Source: Eledone cirrhosa
Lineage: Eukaryota
DNA: 64,000 nucleotides
Assembly: GCA_964016885.1 (NCBI GenBank)
Contig: OZ024750.1
Coordinates: 48,112,001-48,176,000, forward strand
Direction of reading: 5' to 3'
Part shown: piece by piece, positions 47,001 through 60,504 of the stretch
Numbering within the stretch: position 1 is the stretch's first letter
How the letters are laid out: every line of letters begins with the position of its first letter
Program-made: the position numbers and the translations under genes
The notes under the pieces: model-generated
The model's input: the letters and a program-made list of their open reading frames with translations, nothing else
Databases searched by the model: none
Told to the model about the DNA's origin: nothing

Positions 47001-47387
47001 AGGGCGGTGGATTATCAGTATCGGTAGAGGGTCGGACGCCATGCTTTGACGCATAGAGTTACGGCCCTTGCCATTCTGAGTTCAAATCGCGCCGAGGTTA
47101 ACTTTGCCTTTCATCCTTACGGGGTCGATAAAATAAAGTACCAGTAATGTACTGGGTAATTTCTGGCCTTGTGCCAATAGTAGAAACAATTATCTATAAC
47201 AGGGTGGGGGATTGGCAGTATCGGTAGAGGGTCGGACGTCATGCTTTCCAGCATAGTTACGTCCCTTTACGATCTGAGTTCAAATCCCGCCGAGGTTGAC
47301 TTTGCCTTTCATCCTTACGGGGTCGATAAAATAAAGTACCAGTAATGCACTGGATAATTACTGGCCTTGTGCCTAAAGTAGAAACAA
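47001..47387 (+). mobile_element. Two head-to-tail tRNA-derived SINEs
   Basis: A/B boxes and family body. Confidence 0.9.
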
Positions 47388-48500
47388 TCTATATATATAA
47401 AACTGTGGTTGTCTGTCTGTCTATCGATTTTTGGCACACATCTCCTCTTAGAATCTCTCACGGAATTGCACCGAAATTGCTATACTTGTACATTGAGCCC
47501 TAGCGAAGACATCGGAAAAAAAAATTTCAAATTGACCCACCCTATGTGACGAAATCGAATATAATGTATCGATTTTTGAGCGTAAGTTATCAGTTATTTC
47601 CCTTTGTTCTGTTTACATTGAGCGTCTTACGTAAAAAATTACGCTGGCTTTCTCAGTCTTTGTTAATAAATAACCAGTGCAGTTTTTATCCCCAGCATCC
47701 TCTTTTGTTATAACATTCGGGTTATCGTTATGTTTTCTTAACTTCATAAGGCATATTGTTGGTTGAGGGAATATTAATCAAAAACACCACATGCAAGTCT
47801 GCACAGTAGACACTACAGTTGTTAAGCCAAAAAAGAAACTTAACATTGTAACTTTAACACAGCTACTGAGCGACCCCGTTTTGCTTCATTTCCATTTAAA
47901 AGCATTTTAAAACAATATTTTTACTTGAAAACAAGTCTATTTAAAGACTACGTAAAACAAGCAAACATTTCGTCGTTAGGCGTGCAGACAGACAGTCGTG
48001 CAGACAGACAGTCGTGCAGAGAGGTGATATACGCGTGCAGACAGATAGTCGTGCAGAGAGGTGATATAGGCGTGCAGACAGACAGTCGTGCAGAGAGGTG
48101 ATATAGGCGTGCAGCCTGACAGTCGTGCAGAGAGGTGATATAGGCGTGCAGACAGACAGTCGTGCAGAGAGGTGATATAGGCGTGCAGACAGACATAACT
48201 GATAATTTGGTTACGCTAATGATTTTCTCTGCGTTGCAGTGTTTACATTTTCGATCTTTGTTAATAAATAACCAGTGCAGTTTCTATCCCCAGCATCCTC
48301 TTTTGTTATAACATTCGGGTTATCGTTATGTTTTCTTAACTTCATAAGGCATATTGTTGGTTGAGGGAATATTAATCAAAAACACCACATGCAAGTCTGC
48401 ACAGTAGACAGTACAGTTTTTAAGCCAAGAAAGAAACTTAACATTGTAACTTTAACACAGCTACTGAGCGACACCGAGCAACGCCGGGCTTTACTGCTAG
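47388..48500 (+). mobile_element. Non-autonomous Helitron
   Basis: A|TCTATATATATAAAA start with (TGTC)n; 3' CCGAGCAACGCCGGG hairpin and CTAG|T; internal duplication 47657-47875 / 48255-48472. Confidence 0.8.
47979..48195. repeat. Minisatellite, about 37-bp unit (GGCGTGCAGACAGACAGTCGTGCAGAGAGGTGATATA)
   Basis: About 5.5 tandem copies. Confidence 0.9.
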
Positions 48501-48503
48501 TTA

Positions 48504-51500
48504 TCTATAAAAGGCAGATTGTTGTTTTTGTTATGTGTTTGTGTGCACATATTCCATGTTTATACATTTGTACAATTTCAAACCGATTCGACTCAATGTC
48601 TGTAAGAATGTTGTAAATTGTCTTACTTACGTCAACGACTCTTTATTTATTTCAACCTCACCCACAATTACGGAAATAATCCATAAAACTAAATACATGA
48701 CGCTTTACCCCTCTCATACAATCTGAGTATCTCTACTTAACTCCCATACATACTGCAACCTTCTCTTATATACGCTTATAAACCCACTCCTTAATAATTT
48801 CCAATAGAGAGAGAGAAAAAATAAAGGAGGAAGCCAGAGAGAGAGAGACAAACGTTAAATACATGACGCTTACATCTCTTATATACGTTTATAAACACAC
48901 TGCTTAATAATTTCACACAATTACATTTTCTGTATAACATATTTACACGTTTATTGAGTGAAAAAAAAACCACATAGGAATTTTTGGCCAAACAACTTCA
49001 CATTGCTGCATATTTATACGTTTATTGAGTGAAAACAAAGCCACATAGGGATTTTTCGCCAAACAACTGCACATTGCTGAGAGAAGCGCGCTTTAAACAA
49101 ACTGTGAGTTATTTATTTGCCTCTGTAAGAATGTTGTAAATGGTCTAACTTAGGTCAACGACTATTTATTTATTTCAAAATCACCCACAATTACGGAAAT
49201 AATTTCCTCTCTCTACTCAACATAAAAATCGAGAAAAAAAATACATACTCACATACAATTACATTTTCTGTATAACATATTTACACGTTTATTGAGTGAA
49301 AAAAAAACAAATAGGGATTTTTGGCCAAACAACTTCAAATTGCTGACAGCAGCGCGCTTTCAACAAACTGTGAGTTATTTATTTGCCGTTCGTTCTCCCA
49401 TATTTTCCCCTGCGGAACGCAGACAGTTTTCAGCCTTATACTTTCAAAAGCAATTTTGCTGTAGAAGTAACTTTCACCCTTTCTCCTTCACATAAAATGC
49501 CACCTAAAAAGAGAAGTCGCCTCGGTCGCCATAGCGCGTGCGGCGGCGCAGAGGGCGATTACAACAAAGGAGCCGGGCCCAGGAAACTGCTTTAAGTCTT
49601 TCACAGAGCCCTTTACGTTCAGCGGAATGAAGAGCTGCTGAATGTTTTCAACAACGCAACGCCCGCCTATCCAAGATAGCTTCATACGACGCCTCGAGAC
49701 GTGCTGCGATGTGCGATTCGGCGCGGGCGATACCTCATTACAAAAACAACGCTTCTACTGCTACTTCCAAGGCTTCAGAGGGCCAGGAACAAAGGGCGAC
49801 TCGACTGAATAGAAATGCTGCGGCTACTGCTGCTTCCAGGGCTTTGGAAGGTTTGGAACGGCGGACGAATCGCCTTGCTACGAACACTGCGGCTATGACT
49901 GATTCCATGGCTTCTGAAGATGCAGACGGGCGCTGCATTAGGATTGCAAGGGTGGGTTCTGCTACTGCTGCGAGAGCTTCCCACGACCCACAGGAGCAAC
50001 ATTATACGTTGGAGCGGAAGAGTCGACGAAAAGAAGTTTGACGAGTCCCGACAGCCCATACTGGCACCTACGGGCTTTCAAGTATGGGCCCAACGTTAAC
50101 TACTCGATGCGTGTCGACATAAATATAGGGGAAATGCGCTTCAATTGCAAATTCTGCAATGCTAAAAAGTGGGCTGGGGAGCCACCTGCAATGTGCTGCT
50201 TAACAAGGTACGGTCAGCTTTCCCCCTCTTGGGGAACCACCAGAGCCTTTGAAGGAACTACTTACTGGTTCTACCTCAAGGTCATCCAAATTCCTTCAAC
50301 TCATCAGGAAGTACAATTGTGCGTTTCGAATGACTTCTTTCGGGGCTAACGTTGTCAGAGAAAGTGGTTGGATGCCTACTTTCAAGTTCCAGGGGAAGGT
50401 GTACTATCTTATTGGGTCGCTCCAGCCACTACAAAATTGCAATCTTTCGTTCCTTCAAATTTACTTCATTTCTAACTACAGTAGGCATGTTGATACGCTG
50501 TTCGGCGTTATTCCAACACCTGCAAACACTGACGATGACAATATTGAAAGGCACGTGCTTCTCGGTCTTCAAAACATGCTTCATGAGCACAACAGTTATA
50601 TTCGCCGTTTCAAATACGCATTGGAAACAAATCCTTCACCAAACTTCACCATTGTCATCGATGCTGACAAAAGATCTTTTGGGAGCACGCACGCCGTTAT
50701 AACGATCCTTCGTGCAATGAAGTGGCCGTAGTTATCCATGGTGAACAGCACAATGTACGAGACATAGTTCTTCAAAGTCGTGACATTTGGTCTTCGACGT
50801 TTTAATGAGACACATCGTTCATGCGACGCCCTGCAGTATCCACTTCTTTTTGCATACGGAGAAGACGGGTACCATTTCGGCATTCCTCAACGCAAACCAA
50901 ACGAGCCCACTGCTGCGACATCTAAAACTGTTTCATGCATAGCTTTATACTCATACCGCTTCATGACGAGGCCTAACGATTTCAGCACCCTGCACAGGTC
51001 ACAGGTACTGTTTCACCAGTTTGCAGTTGACATGGCTGCAAAGATGGAGTCGGAGACTGTGCTTCATAAAATTGAATCAGAGGCAGCTGCGCTCAAGACT
51101 CCGACATCCATTTGCGTGACGGCATCAGGAATGACACTGGCCCCCGGACATCGGCAAAATGTGCATTCTTCCATCAACCTATACGGGGGGGGGGGGTACA
51201 TGCACGAGCGAACACAGGACACTATGACGTTCGTTCGGCATTAAGGGTGCCCCGATTTATTCATCACGTTTACGTGTAACCCCAAATGGGTTGAGGTTAC
51301 GCGGGAACTTATCCCAGGGCAGTTACTGCCATCGGCGTGATATTATTGCCAGGGTTTTTCAGGCAGAAGCTAGCTAAGCTAATTGATCTAATAAAAAAGG
51401 GAAGGTTTTCGGGCCTGTTAGGTGCCACATGTATACTGTTGAGTGGCAGAAGAGAGGGTTGCCACACGCGCACATTTTGATTTGGTTGGTCACCAAAATA

Positions 51501-54500
51501 GAGCCTACAGTTATAGATGACGTCATCGCAGCGGAAATACCGGACCCCGTTGTTGACCGGCAGCTGTACGACATTGTGAAAGCACACATGGTGCACGGTC
51601 TGTGCGTTCCCGGTTTTTAAGAGTTCTCTTCATGCCACAAAGAACATGTGTGCACTAAATAGGTTTGTTGAGGAGACCCAGACCGGCGGCGACGGATACC
51701 CACTGTACAGACAAAGGCGGAATCACTATGACGTTACGGGGTCATCAAGTTGATAATAGGTCGGTGGTCAATATCTCAGCAGTGGTGAAGCTTTTTGGCG
51801 GATATTCGGGTTTCCAATTCACCAAAGGAACCCCGCCATCATACAACTAGCGGTTTATTTGGAAAACGGCCAGCGGGCTTACTTTACCGAACATGCTGCT
51901 GGTCATTCGGCGGCCAATCCAAAAGAAACAACTTTGACTGTTTTTTTTACGCTTTGCTAACTTGACACATTTGCAAAAACACTTTCATATCCTCAGGTTC
52001 CGTCCTACTACGTGTTGTCAAACAACACTTGGGTGCGTAGGAAGTCAGGTCAGGATGTTCAAGGACATCCTTGTGTCAAGTTTCACACTTGTCTAGGAAG
52101 AGTGTTCACTGTACCTCCCAACCAGCATAAGTTTTTTCACCTGCGCCTTCTCCTCCATGAGGTTTTTGGCCCACAAAGCTTTCGAGACATAAGAACTGTT
52201 GACGGTGAATTATGTGATATTTTCCGGGAAGCCTGCTTCAGGCGTGGCCTTTTGGAGGATGATTCACAATGGGGCGCCACTATGGCCGAGGGCATTTTGT
52301 TGAAATCTCTTAAAAGACTAAGATCGCTTCACGCTATTCTACTCTTATGGTGCGACTTGGGTGATCCGGCCTCTTTATGGCTTAGCTACAAAGATTACAT
52401 GTCTGAAGATTTCCTGCGTCACGCTCAGTTGCTAAACCCATCGATGGATGTCGGGTACAGCGACCTCATTTACAACAGGGCGCTGATTGAAATCGAAGAT
52501 ACTGTTCTCGATATGGGCGATAGTGCGTTGGCTGTGTATGGCCTACCTTCAACAAACCGGGAAGGCGCAAACACTGTCTTCGGATTTGCTGCGTGAGACA
52601 TCTTATAATGTTGACGAGCTTGCCCAGTACATAGCGGAGAATGAGCCAAAGCTCCTTCCAGAACAGAAATTCGCTTACAACTCCGTTGTTAATTCTGTCT
52701 GGGGCAAAGCTGGGCGGATTTTTTTTTATGGACGCTCCTGGGGGGACTGGGAAAACCTTTGTCACCAAATTAATATTAACTGAGATTAGGCGAACATGAG
52801 GCATAGCCTTAGCTGTGGCATCATCTGGAATTGCGGCTACTCTGTTGCCGGGCTCCAGGACAGCTCACTCCTATTTCAAGCTCCCGCTTGACTTAGCAAA
52901 GACTGAGACACCCACTTGCAACATCAGTAAGAGCTCCGATCAGGCAGAAGTGTTCAGACGATGGAAGCTTATCGTTTGCGACGAATGCATGATCGCCCAC
53001 AGAGGGGCTCTTGAGGCGCTCGATAGAACTCTGTGAGACATCAAAGACTCTACGGCTCCAATGGGAGGCATAACACTTCTTTCAGGGGACTTCAGGCAAA
53101 CGCTTCCCGTTATTCCCAAGGGGACTAGAGCTGATGCAGTACGTGCGTGTTTTAAGTCATCCGCATTGTGGACCGTGGTGAAGACTCTGAAACTTCACAT
53201 TAACATGCGTGCTCATATGCCAGGTGATATCACATCAGCAGCATTTTCTCACACCATCGTTGCATTTGGCGAAGGCAAAACGCCCTGGGATGAAAGGGTA
53301 ATATTGCCATCGACTCGCTTTGTACCGTTGTTAGTACGCCTTCTGATCTCAGGGATGCAGTATTCCCAGATCTCCAAGCAAATTATCAGAATATGGATTG
53401 GCTTGCCCAAAGGGCTATTCTAGCCCCGAGGAATAAAACTGTTAACCATATTAATGATCCAATGCTAAAACTCATTCCTGGGGATGGCTACGTATATAAG
53501 TATATCGATAGAACTCCTGACCCCGAGGACGTCATCAACTATCCAATAGATTCACTAACTTCCTTTGAGCCCCCCGGAGCCGACACATTTTGAAACTTAA
53601 ATTTGGTGCCCTATAAAGCTCATTCGAAAATTGGTTCAGCCGAAACAATGCAATGGAACATGTTTGGTCGTTAAGTCCTTAGCTCCCAATCTGATTGAGG
53701 CCACGATAATCACAGGGTGCGGTTGGGGCAAGGTTGTGTTCATACCGAGGATTCCTTCTTTTCCCATCAGGAGCAGACCTACCTTTCACATTTCGGAGGT
53801 CCCAGTTCCCGGTCAGGCCATGCTTCGCAATGTCAATTAACAAAGCGCAGGGACAAACACTGTCTGTTGCGGGAATACATTTGGGGGAGCCGTGTTTCTC
53901 TCATGGTCAGCTTTACGTTGGCTGCTCGCGTGTGGGCAGCAAGAGTGATGATTTTGCGTTCGTTCCGCAAGGAAAAACAAAAAAAACATTTTGTACAAGG
54001 AGGTTTTATAGGATTACCTCGATTCCTAATTTTATAACTTTTAATTTTTTTTTCATTTTTGCCTTTTCGTGAGTACTTTCTAAGTAGGTTAACTTTCACT
54101 GCAGTGCACTGGACACTACTACCGTACCGTACAAAGGCTGATTTTCGCGGCGTTACAAAGCTTCATTACAACTCCAACCCTACCCAAATATCAGCTGTTG
54201 CTCCGCACCAACCCCCGTTTGTTGGGCCTCGGAGGACCGTGGAAAGGTTAGTATTTCACCTCCGTACGACTCTCAAAGGGTCAACAATGACGGGTTTTAC
54301 ATTTTTAGGCGGTTCCCTGCAATTACTTCACATTTCACCAAAAGCTAGCCTCCGCTCAGCTCTCTTTCCCTCCCTCCGTCGGCACAGCAGCAGGCTCATC
54401 TTCTACGCCCGACGTACATGATGCACCAACCATACAAAAACCTGTCTTCCTCTTATTTGGTTGTCATAATTCGACAATGTTTTCAGGCCCCTGTTTCCGG

Positions 54501-54820
54501 TTCCCTCAATCCACCCCCTCCCTCGTTAAAACATGTCATGCAGAACAACTCCATTGCAGCTCTGTTGTTCGGCTGGCATTGGCTACGCGCGTGTTGCGCA
54601 AGTACTGTGAAACAATAAATTTGAACACTTCTTTACACAGAGATAATATCAATAGGCGAAACTACATTTGTTACTGCTGGCGCAGCTCCTGCTTCGGCAG
54701 TGCAGGTTTGCAATTCATTCAACCAGTGCCTGGCAGACAAAAAAGTGCTGCCATAAAATTGGGTCGTGCAACCTAACTTTGGTAACTTACTGACCCCGAG
54801 CAACGCCGGGCTTTAATGCT

Positions 54821-54822
<2 letters not shown>
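48504..54822 (+). mobile_element. Helitron (formerly autonomous, degraded)
   Basis: TC start, RepHel remnants, 3' CCCGAGCAACGCCGGG hairpin and CTAG|T at 54819-54822. Confidence 0.9.
49497..54020 (+). pseudogene. Helitron Rep (HUH) / PIF1-like helicase, many frameshifts and an internal deletion
   Basis: MPPKKRSRLGR, CKFCNAKKW..EPPAMCC, DALQYPLLF, PDLFITFTCNPKW, VEWQKRGLPHAHILIW, DAPGGTGKTF, ASSGIAATLL..RTAHS, GDFRQTLPV, QFPVRPCFAMSINKAQGQTL, FSHGQLYVGCSRV. Confidence 0.93.
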
Positions 54823-54909
<87 letters not shown>

Positions 54910-54913
<4 letters not shown>

Positions 54914-55110
54914 CGAAGGAAATGTCGTAAGGAACCAAGTGGACCATAACGCACCAAAGTACACAATACTTAGGGTAGTAGAGTGGGTAATAGGAACGAG
55001 TAGGACCCCGACGGCTGAGCTCAAGCCGTTTCGACGGCTAATTCTTGACGTCCAGAATTAGCCGTCGAAACGGCTTCAGCTCAGCCGTCGGGGTCCTACT
55101 CGTTCCTATA
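54910..55110 (-). mobile_element. Fold-back element, family F (tail 54910-54990 plus palindrome 54990-55110)
   Basis: Near-perfect 120-bp palindrome, related to 11465-11630. Confidence 0.7.
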
Positions 55111-55124
55111 TATATATATATATA

Positions 55125-55154
<30 letters not shown>

Positions 55155-55155
<1 letters not shown>

Positions 55156-58085
55156 GGGAGGAAGTTATAGTTCACTTGACGCATTGTGTAATGAGGTATA
55201 AACATTTGTATATGTATAATAAAACCAAAACAATGCAGGTATGGACATAGAACAAAGAAGGCAAATGCAAAAGATAACGTTGTAAATTAGTCTTTTACCT
55301 TAGATTTATTTAAATGTCCTTAATTTTCGAGATAATATCTCTTCTTCGGATGGAAGTAAAGCGGTTAAACCAGTGTTCTAAATAGCTTGCCAAGTCATGC
55401 TGACAGGAAATGGTATATAGTATCTGTTCTATCTCTAATGTCAAAGAGTTATGGTTAGGTGGATAAAGTGTAGTATCCCTTTAAAAGTTTTTTTTTTGTA
55501 CATGACTGTTTAAGTGTGTGGGAGAATGCGTGAAGGTATAAGTATGTGTGTGTGTGTGAGTGTGAGAAGATATGTCTATACGTAAATGTGGGGGATAGAT
55601 GTTATCTCGTGTTAGAACTGGTCTTGGTGTGTGTATGTGTGTGAGAGAGATTAAGTGGAGGTGTAAATGTGTGTGTGTGTGCGTGTGTGTGTGGGGGGGT
55701 GTAAATATGGGGCTAGATGCTCTATCAAGTTATAAATTGGGTGTTGAGTTCTAGTCTATTATTGATTGGGTGTTGTGTTTTGTCTATAATTAGTGCTTCC
55801 TTAATTCTAAGATTGCCGAGGTTTCTTTCCTTAGTTTCTATCCTAACTGTTATGGTTTTGTCGGTGTTTTTGCATTTAACTAGGTGTTTCTTAAATGAGG
55901 AAGCGTTAGTATTTTGATGTTCTTTTATTCTTATGTGGAGTGGTCTGGTGGTGCTACTTACGTAGAAGTTGGTGCATTTGTCGCACTCTAGTCTGTATAC
56001 GACGTAAGCCTGGTGGCATAGGTCTGTGTCGTTGATGGGGCTAGCCTGCAACAGTTGTCATGTCTGGTGGAGTGTCTTTTTGGTTAGCCGTCCGCGTAGA
56101 GAAGGACCTGAGTGGGCCAGTTTTGATATCTAGTCCTTCCCGTCTGATAGCTCTGCGGATGACTGTTGTTGTTTCGTCACTGAAGTGTGGTAGCTTCAGG
56201 AATCAAGTATTAGTGCCTCGTGTGTGGTGTCTTCTGTTCTTTATGGCACGGTTTGTAGTGGATGTCGTCTATCTGTTCTGTTTGAGTACTTCTAGGAAAT
56301 GTGTGGTGTGTGTGTCTCGGTCTCTAGCGTAGGTGCATTTTTTCCTGATACGTGTAGTTCGTCCCTTATGTATCCGAGCTTAGCGCCGGCTGGGAGGGCC
56401 GATCTGAAATGTACGAACAGGTCCATGCAGGCGGCTTTTTTATAGAAGCAGGTGTGGATGTCGCCTTCCTCTGTTACCCTGAGTTGGAAGTCCAGTAGGC
56501 ATAAGGATCCGCGGTCATCGGAGTGTTCCATGCTGAACTTTATACTGGCATCCATGCTGGAGAATGTTGTGTGTTTGTTATCCGCCTCCTCACGGGATGA
56601 TGTAAGGATTAGTATGTCATCTACATAACGGGTGAAGAAGGTATGGGAATGGCAGGTGTTGAGGGCTCGGCATTCTAGCTGGTTCATATATGTGATGGCC
56701 AGCAGGCCCGATAGGCTGGATCCCATGGGTAATCCTGTTGTCTGTCTGTATGTGTGGTGGTGGAAGGTGAAGTACGTGTTGTCCACTGTGAAGGACAAAA
56801 GCTGGTGTATGTCCGTTGGATGGAGGCCGTAGCAGAGGATGTCCTCTGCGACCACGCAGTCCGTCAATAAATCGACAGCTGGATAAGCGGGAACTGTAGT
56901 ATAGAGGGAGACAACGTCGAGGCTTAAGGCGTATCTATTTAGTTTAAGTTGTTCTGGCTGGAGCTGGTGTAGTGCGTATGACTTCGTCGGAGCTACTGAC
57001 TTGCCCGGGAAAGGTGGAGAGTAGAGGCTTGAGGACCTGGGAGAGGAGCCAGGACATTTTGTATAGGGGTCCTTCTATGCTAGAGACGATGGATCTTATT
57101 TGTGTCTTCGTACTATTCTTGTGGGTCTTGATGAGGTGGTAGAAAGTGGGCAGTCTGCTATTTCTAGTGGTGTAGTTGAGCTTAACCTTATTTGGTGGTT
57201 GTCTTCTCCTACAGATGTCGAACCAGATGGAGTTGGTCTGTTTTTCGATGTGAGCTGCAGTGATGTCCGGGATCTCTGTATATAGTTCATTGTCGCTTAG
57301 GTGTTCAAAGGCTAGATTGTTGTATGTGGCTTGAGAGATGACGCAAAACTCTTTACCTTTGTCGGATGGTAAGTATATAAGTTCCCTATTCCGTAGGTTC
57401 TTCAGGGCGAGTTGTTGCGTCCTGGAGAGGTTTGGGGCTGTCTTATTCTGTTTCCGTAAGATGTTAAATGCGGAATGTTTTAGCCTCGAGAGTTTTTCTT
57501 CAAGCTCGCGGTTGGCAGGCGGTGGACAGAGTGGGCGATCCAGTTAGTATATCGGGAATCTGGGTTTGTTAGGTTTCGTGTGTTGTTGCCGAGAGTCGAT
57601 ATCCATTTAAGTTGGTAGGCAGCCCGACGAAAATTCGTTTCTATCGAGCCATAATTTGTCGTCTGTTTCAATATGAACTTGGGACCCAGGCTCAGGAGGT
57701 CTAATTCCTCTCGGGAGAAGGATCCTGTCAAGTCTGTGACGAGGTGTTTTGCGTCAGGTGTGTTGTTGACCGGGGCGCCGCTAGGTTCGGTGTTGGTACC
57801 ATTTGTTCGCCTCTGTTGATGCTTAGAGTTGGGATGTTGTTAAGACGGTTAGCCGGTCTGAGTTTGAGAATGTTTGCGTTAGAGGTATATTCTCGTAGTC
57901 TCGGCGATGGTGGTATGACCTGTCTATAGCGGCGGAGATAACTCTGGACAGTGGTTCTGGGGTTTCAGCGAGTTGTGGTACAAGGCTGGAAATAGTCCGT
58001 ATGTGTTGTTGTAGCATACGGTGTAGTTGTTGTATGAGTTTTCTGATTGTTTATGTTTATTTTGTTTTCGTCTCCGATGAGCAGA
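55155..58085 (-). mobile_element. Penelope-like element related to the 24200-27383 element
   Basis: RT/GIY-YIG remnants and a 3' pLTR with HHR-like motif at 55317-55354. Confidence 0.87.
55725..58030 (-). pseudogene. PLE RT + GIY-YIG, frameshifted
   Basis: LSLGPKF, GLPMGSSLSGLLAITYM, RYVDDIL, VVYRLECDKCTNFYVSSTTRPLHIRIKEH, LRIKEALII..PINNRLE. Confidence 0.88.
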
Positions 58086-58272
58086 TCATATATAACTTTT
58101 CTTTTTATCTTAACTTATCGATTTTATACTCGACAATAATGATCTGTAAGTTGTAAGTGCAGAATACTGATATGATTCCGAAACCATTGTCAGCCATAAA
58201 ATATATTTTTTCAAGAATTTGGTATTGTTTTCCCTATCATTTAATGTCTGTACACACACACATACACACATA

Positions 58273-58340
<68 letters not shown>

Positions 58341-58368
58341 TATATATATATTGTATATTTGTATATAC

Positions 58369-58447
<79 letters not shown>

Positions 58448-58451
58448 TGTA

Positions 58452-58502
<51 letters not shown>

Positions 58503-58534
58503 AGATCAAAAGATGGTTAAAAGAGTTCCATGTA

Positions 58535-58601
58535 TTTTATTATACGCATTTCAAAAACAAATATCATCATGCGATGATATTTGCGTTTTCGTCAGATAAA
58601 A
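58535..58601 (-). ncRNA. Type I hammerhead ribozyme
   Basis: ttttat-CTGACGA-aaacgcaaatatcatcgcatgatgatatttgttttt-GAAA-tgcgt-ATA-ataaaa. Confidence 0.78.
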
Positions 58602-59299
58602 TAGGGAGACATGATATGAAGGTTAAAAAACACTTGTGATTAGTGCCGTTTTAAATCAACATATGGAAAGTAGTTTTAGATTGATGTGTGATATTGGGAA
58701 AAAAGTGAGGGTGGGGGTGGAAAGGATGAAAAAGAGGAGGAGATGAGAGTAAAGAATGGAGGTGGGGGGTATAATAAGGAAGGATGATATAGGAGGAGAT
58801 ATGGGTGATAGAGAGAGAGAGATAGCTTTTATATCTGAGAAAAATATATTGTTTTACAGAGAGAGGTTAAACAACCGTTGGAAGATAATATATAAATTTA
58901 AAAAATTTGAAAATTAACGAAGAGAAAAATTTAAGAATAATGTTAAATTAACGTTTGTATATTGAAAGGTTTAATAATATGTGCGATGAAAAGAAATTGT
59001 TAATATGTATTAAGAATAATATTAAGTTAAGGTTTGAATATTGAAAGGTTTAATAATATGTGCGATGAAAAGACAATGTTAATATGTATTAAGAATAATA
59101 TTTAAGGGTTTAATAATATGTGCTAAGGAAATAAATTGTTGATAAGTATTATTAAAAATAAATATAGTAATGTAATTGAGGATATAATGTGAACTTCGTT
59201 AAATCTTCTTAAATCAAGAAACTACTATTCCTATCGTAAATAACTTCTCCAATCCAATTCCTTCTATAGATAACTCTACGTCACTTGTTAATAACTCTG

Positions 59300-59750
59300 T
59301 TAATTTCTCTAATCGCAATTGTAATTGCCCTGTTAAAAATAAATGTCCTCTCAAGAACCATTGTCTTGAACAAAACTTAATCTATGAATGTAAAGTTATT
59401 ACTGACACCAATTCCTTTACCTATTTTTGCTCCACTTCCACCTCCTTTAAAGCTCGTCTTTATAATCATCATTCGTATTTTAAATACCAACTTAAAAGAA
59501 CCAACACGGCACTCTCAGAACTCATATGGGCCTTGAAAGACAACAATATTAACGATAACATCTCTTGGTGGAGGGTTTGTTCTGCCTCTTCATACTTGAA
59601 TGCCTCTCTATCCAAAATATTTAATCTCTGTTTATGTGCGAAATTTAACATTATATCTAATTTAGATTCTATAATAAATTGACGCACTGACTTGTTTTCA
59701 CTCTGCTTGCATAAATTCCATAGAACATTCCATAAAGTATACAGCTAATA
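59300..59750 (+). pseudogene. PLE GIY-YIG endonuclease C-terminal remnant
   Basis: CNCPVKNKCPLKNHCLEQNLIYECKV..YF.ST.TSFKARLYNH..TALSELIWALKD..LCL. Confidence 0.8.
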
Positions 59751-60117
59751 TCTAATACATTACCAATTTAAAATCCTTTTTCTCAAAGGCACATATATAT
59801 ATATATATATATATATAGACATATGATCATTATTTTTCAAACATTATTGATACGTGTCTCATTCATGAATACTGATATTTACATTATAATGCCTGGTTTA
59901 TACGAATTGATATTTTTTTACATTGATGAAACATAGTGTTTTAAATCTGCCTCGTTTTTGTCTGGATATTTTTCTTTTCTCTCTATGTAACGGCTGTTTT
60001 CTCTCTTAACCACATATATCTCTCTCTACATTAATACTAGAGCTAAATAAATAAATAAATAAATAAATATATCTATCTCTATCTATATCTATCTCTATCT
60101 ATATCTATCTCTCTATA

Positions 60118-60160
<43 letters not shown>

Positions 60161-60442
60161 CTCTCTTCTCTCTCTCTCTCTCTCTATCTATCTCCCTCTG
60201 TGTTTTTTCCTCTCTCTATATATCTCTCTCTGTTTCTTTAAATGAATTTCTTCTCTCTATCTATCTCTCTATATCTATCTCTTTCTATTTAGTTGCATGC
60301 ATTTCTTCTTTTTCTTCGTTTTTCTTTCTTTCTTTTTATAACTGTCCCTAATATTTTCTCACTACCAAATCAACTTTTCAAATAGAAGTCGAAGTTGAAA
60401 GGTATGTCGAATCTATCTATTTATAAGACTGTTTATATTGTA

Positions 60443-60504
60443 TTTTGTCTGAAGAAGGCTTAACATATTTTTAATATGATATCCCTGAAATATATATAAT
60501 GAAA
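60443..60504 (+). ncRNA. Type I hammerhead ribozyme
   Basis: ttttgt-CTGAAGA-agg...cct-GAAA-tatat-ATA-atgaaa. Confidence 0.6.

Noticed and set aside
54990-55110. Hammerhead in the family F palindrome (GAAACGGCTT)
   Set aside because: No CUGANGA strand and no properly paired NUH site is visible.
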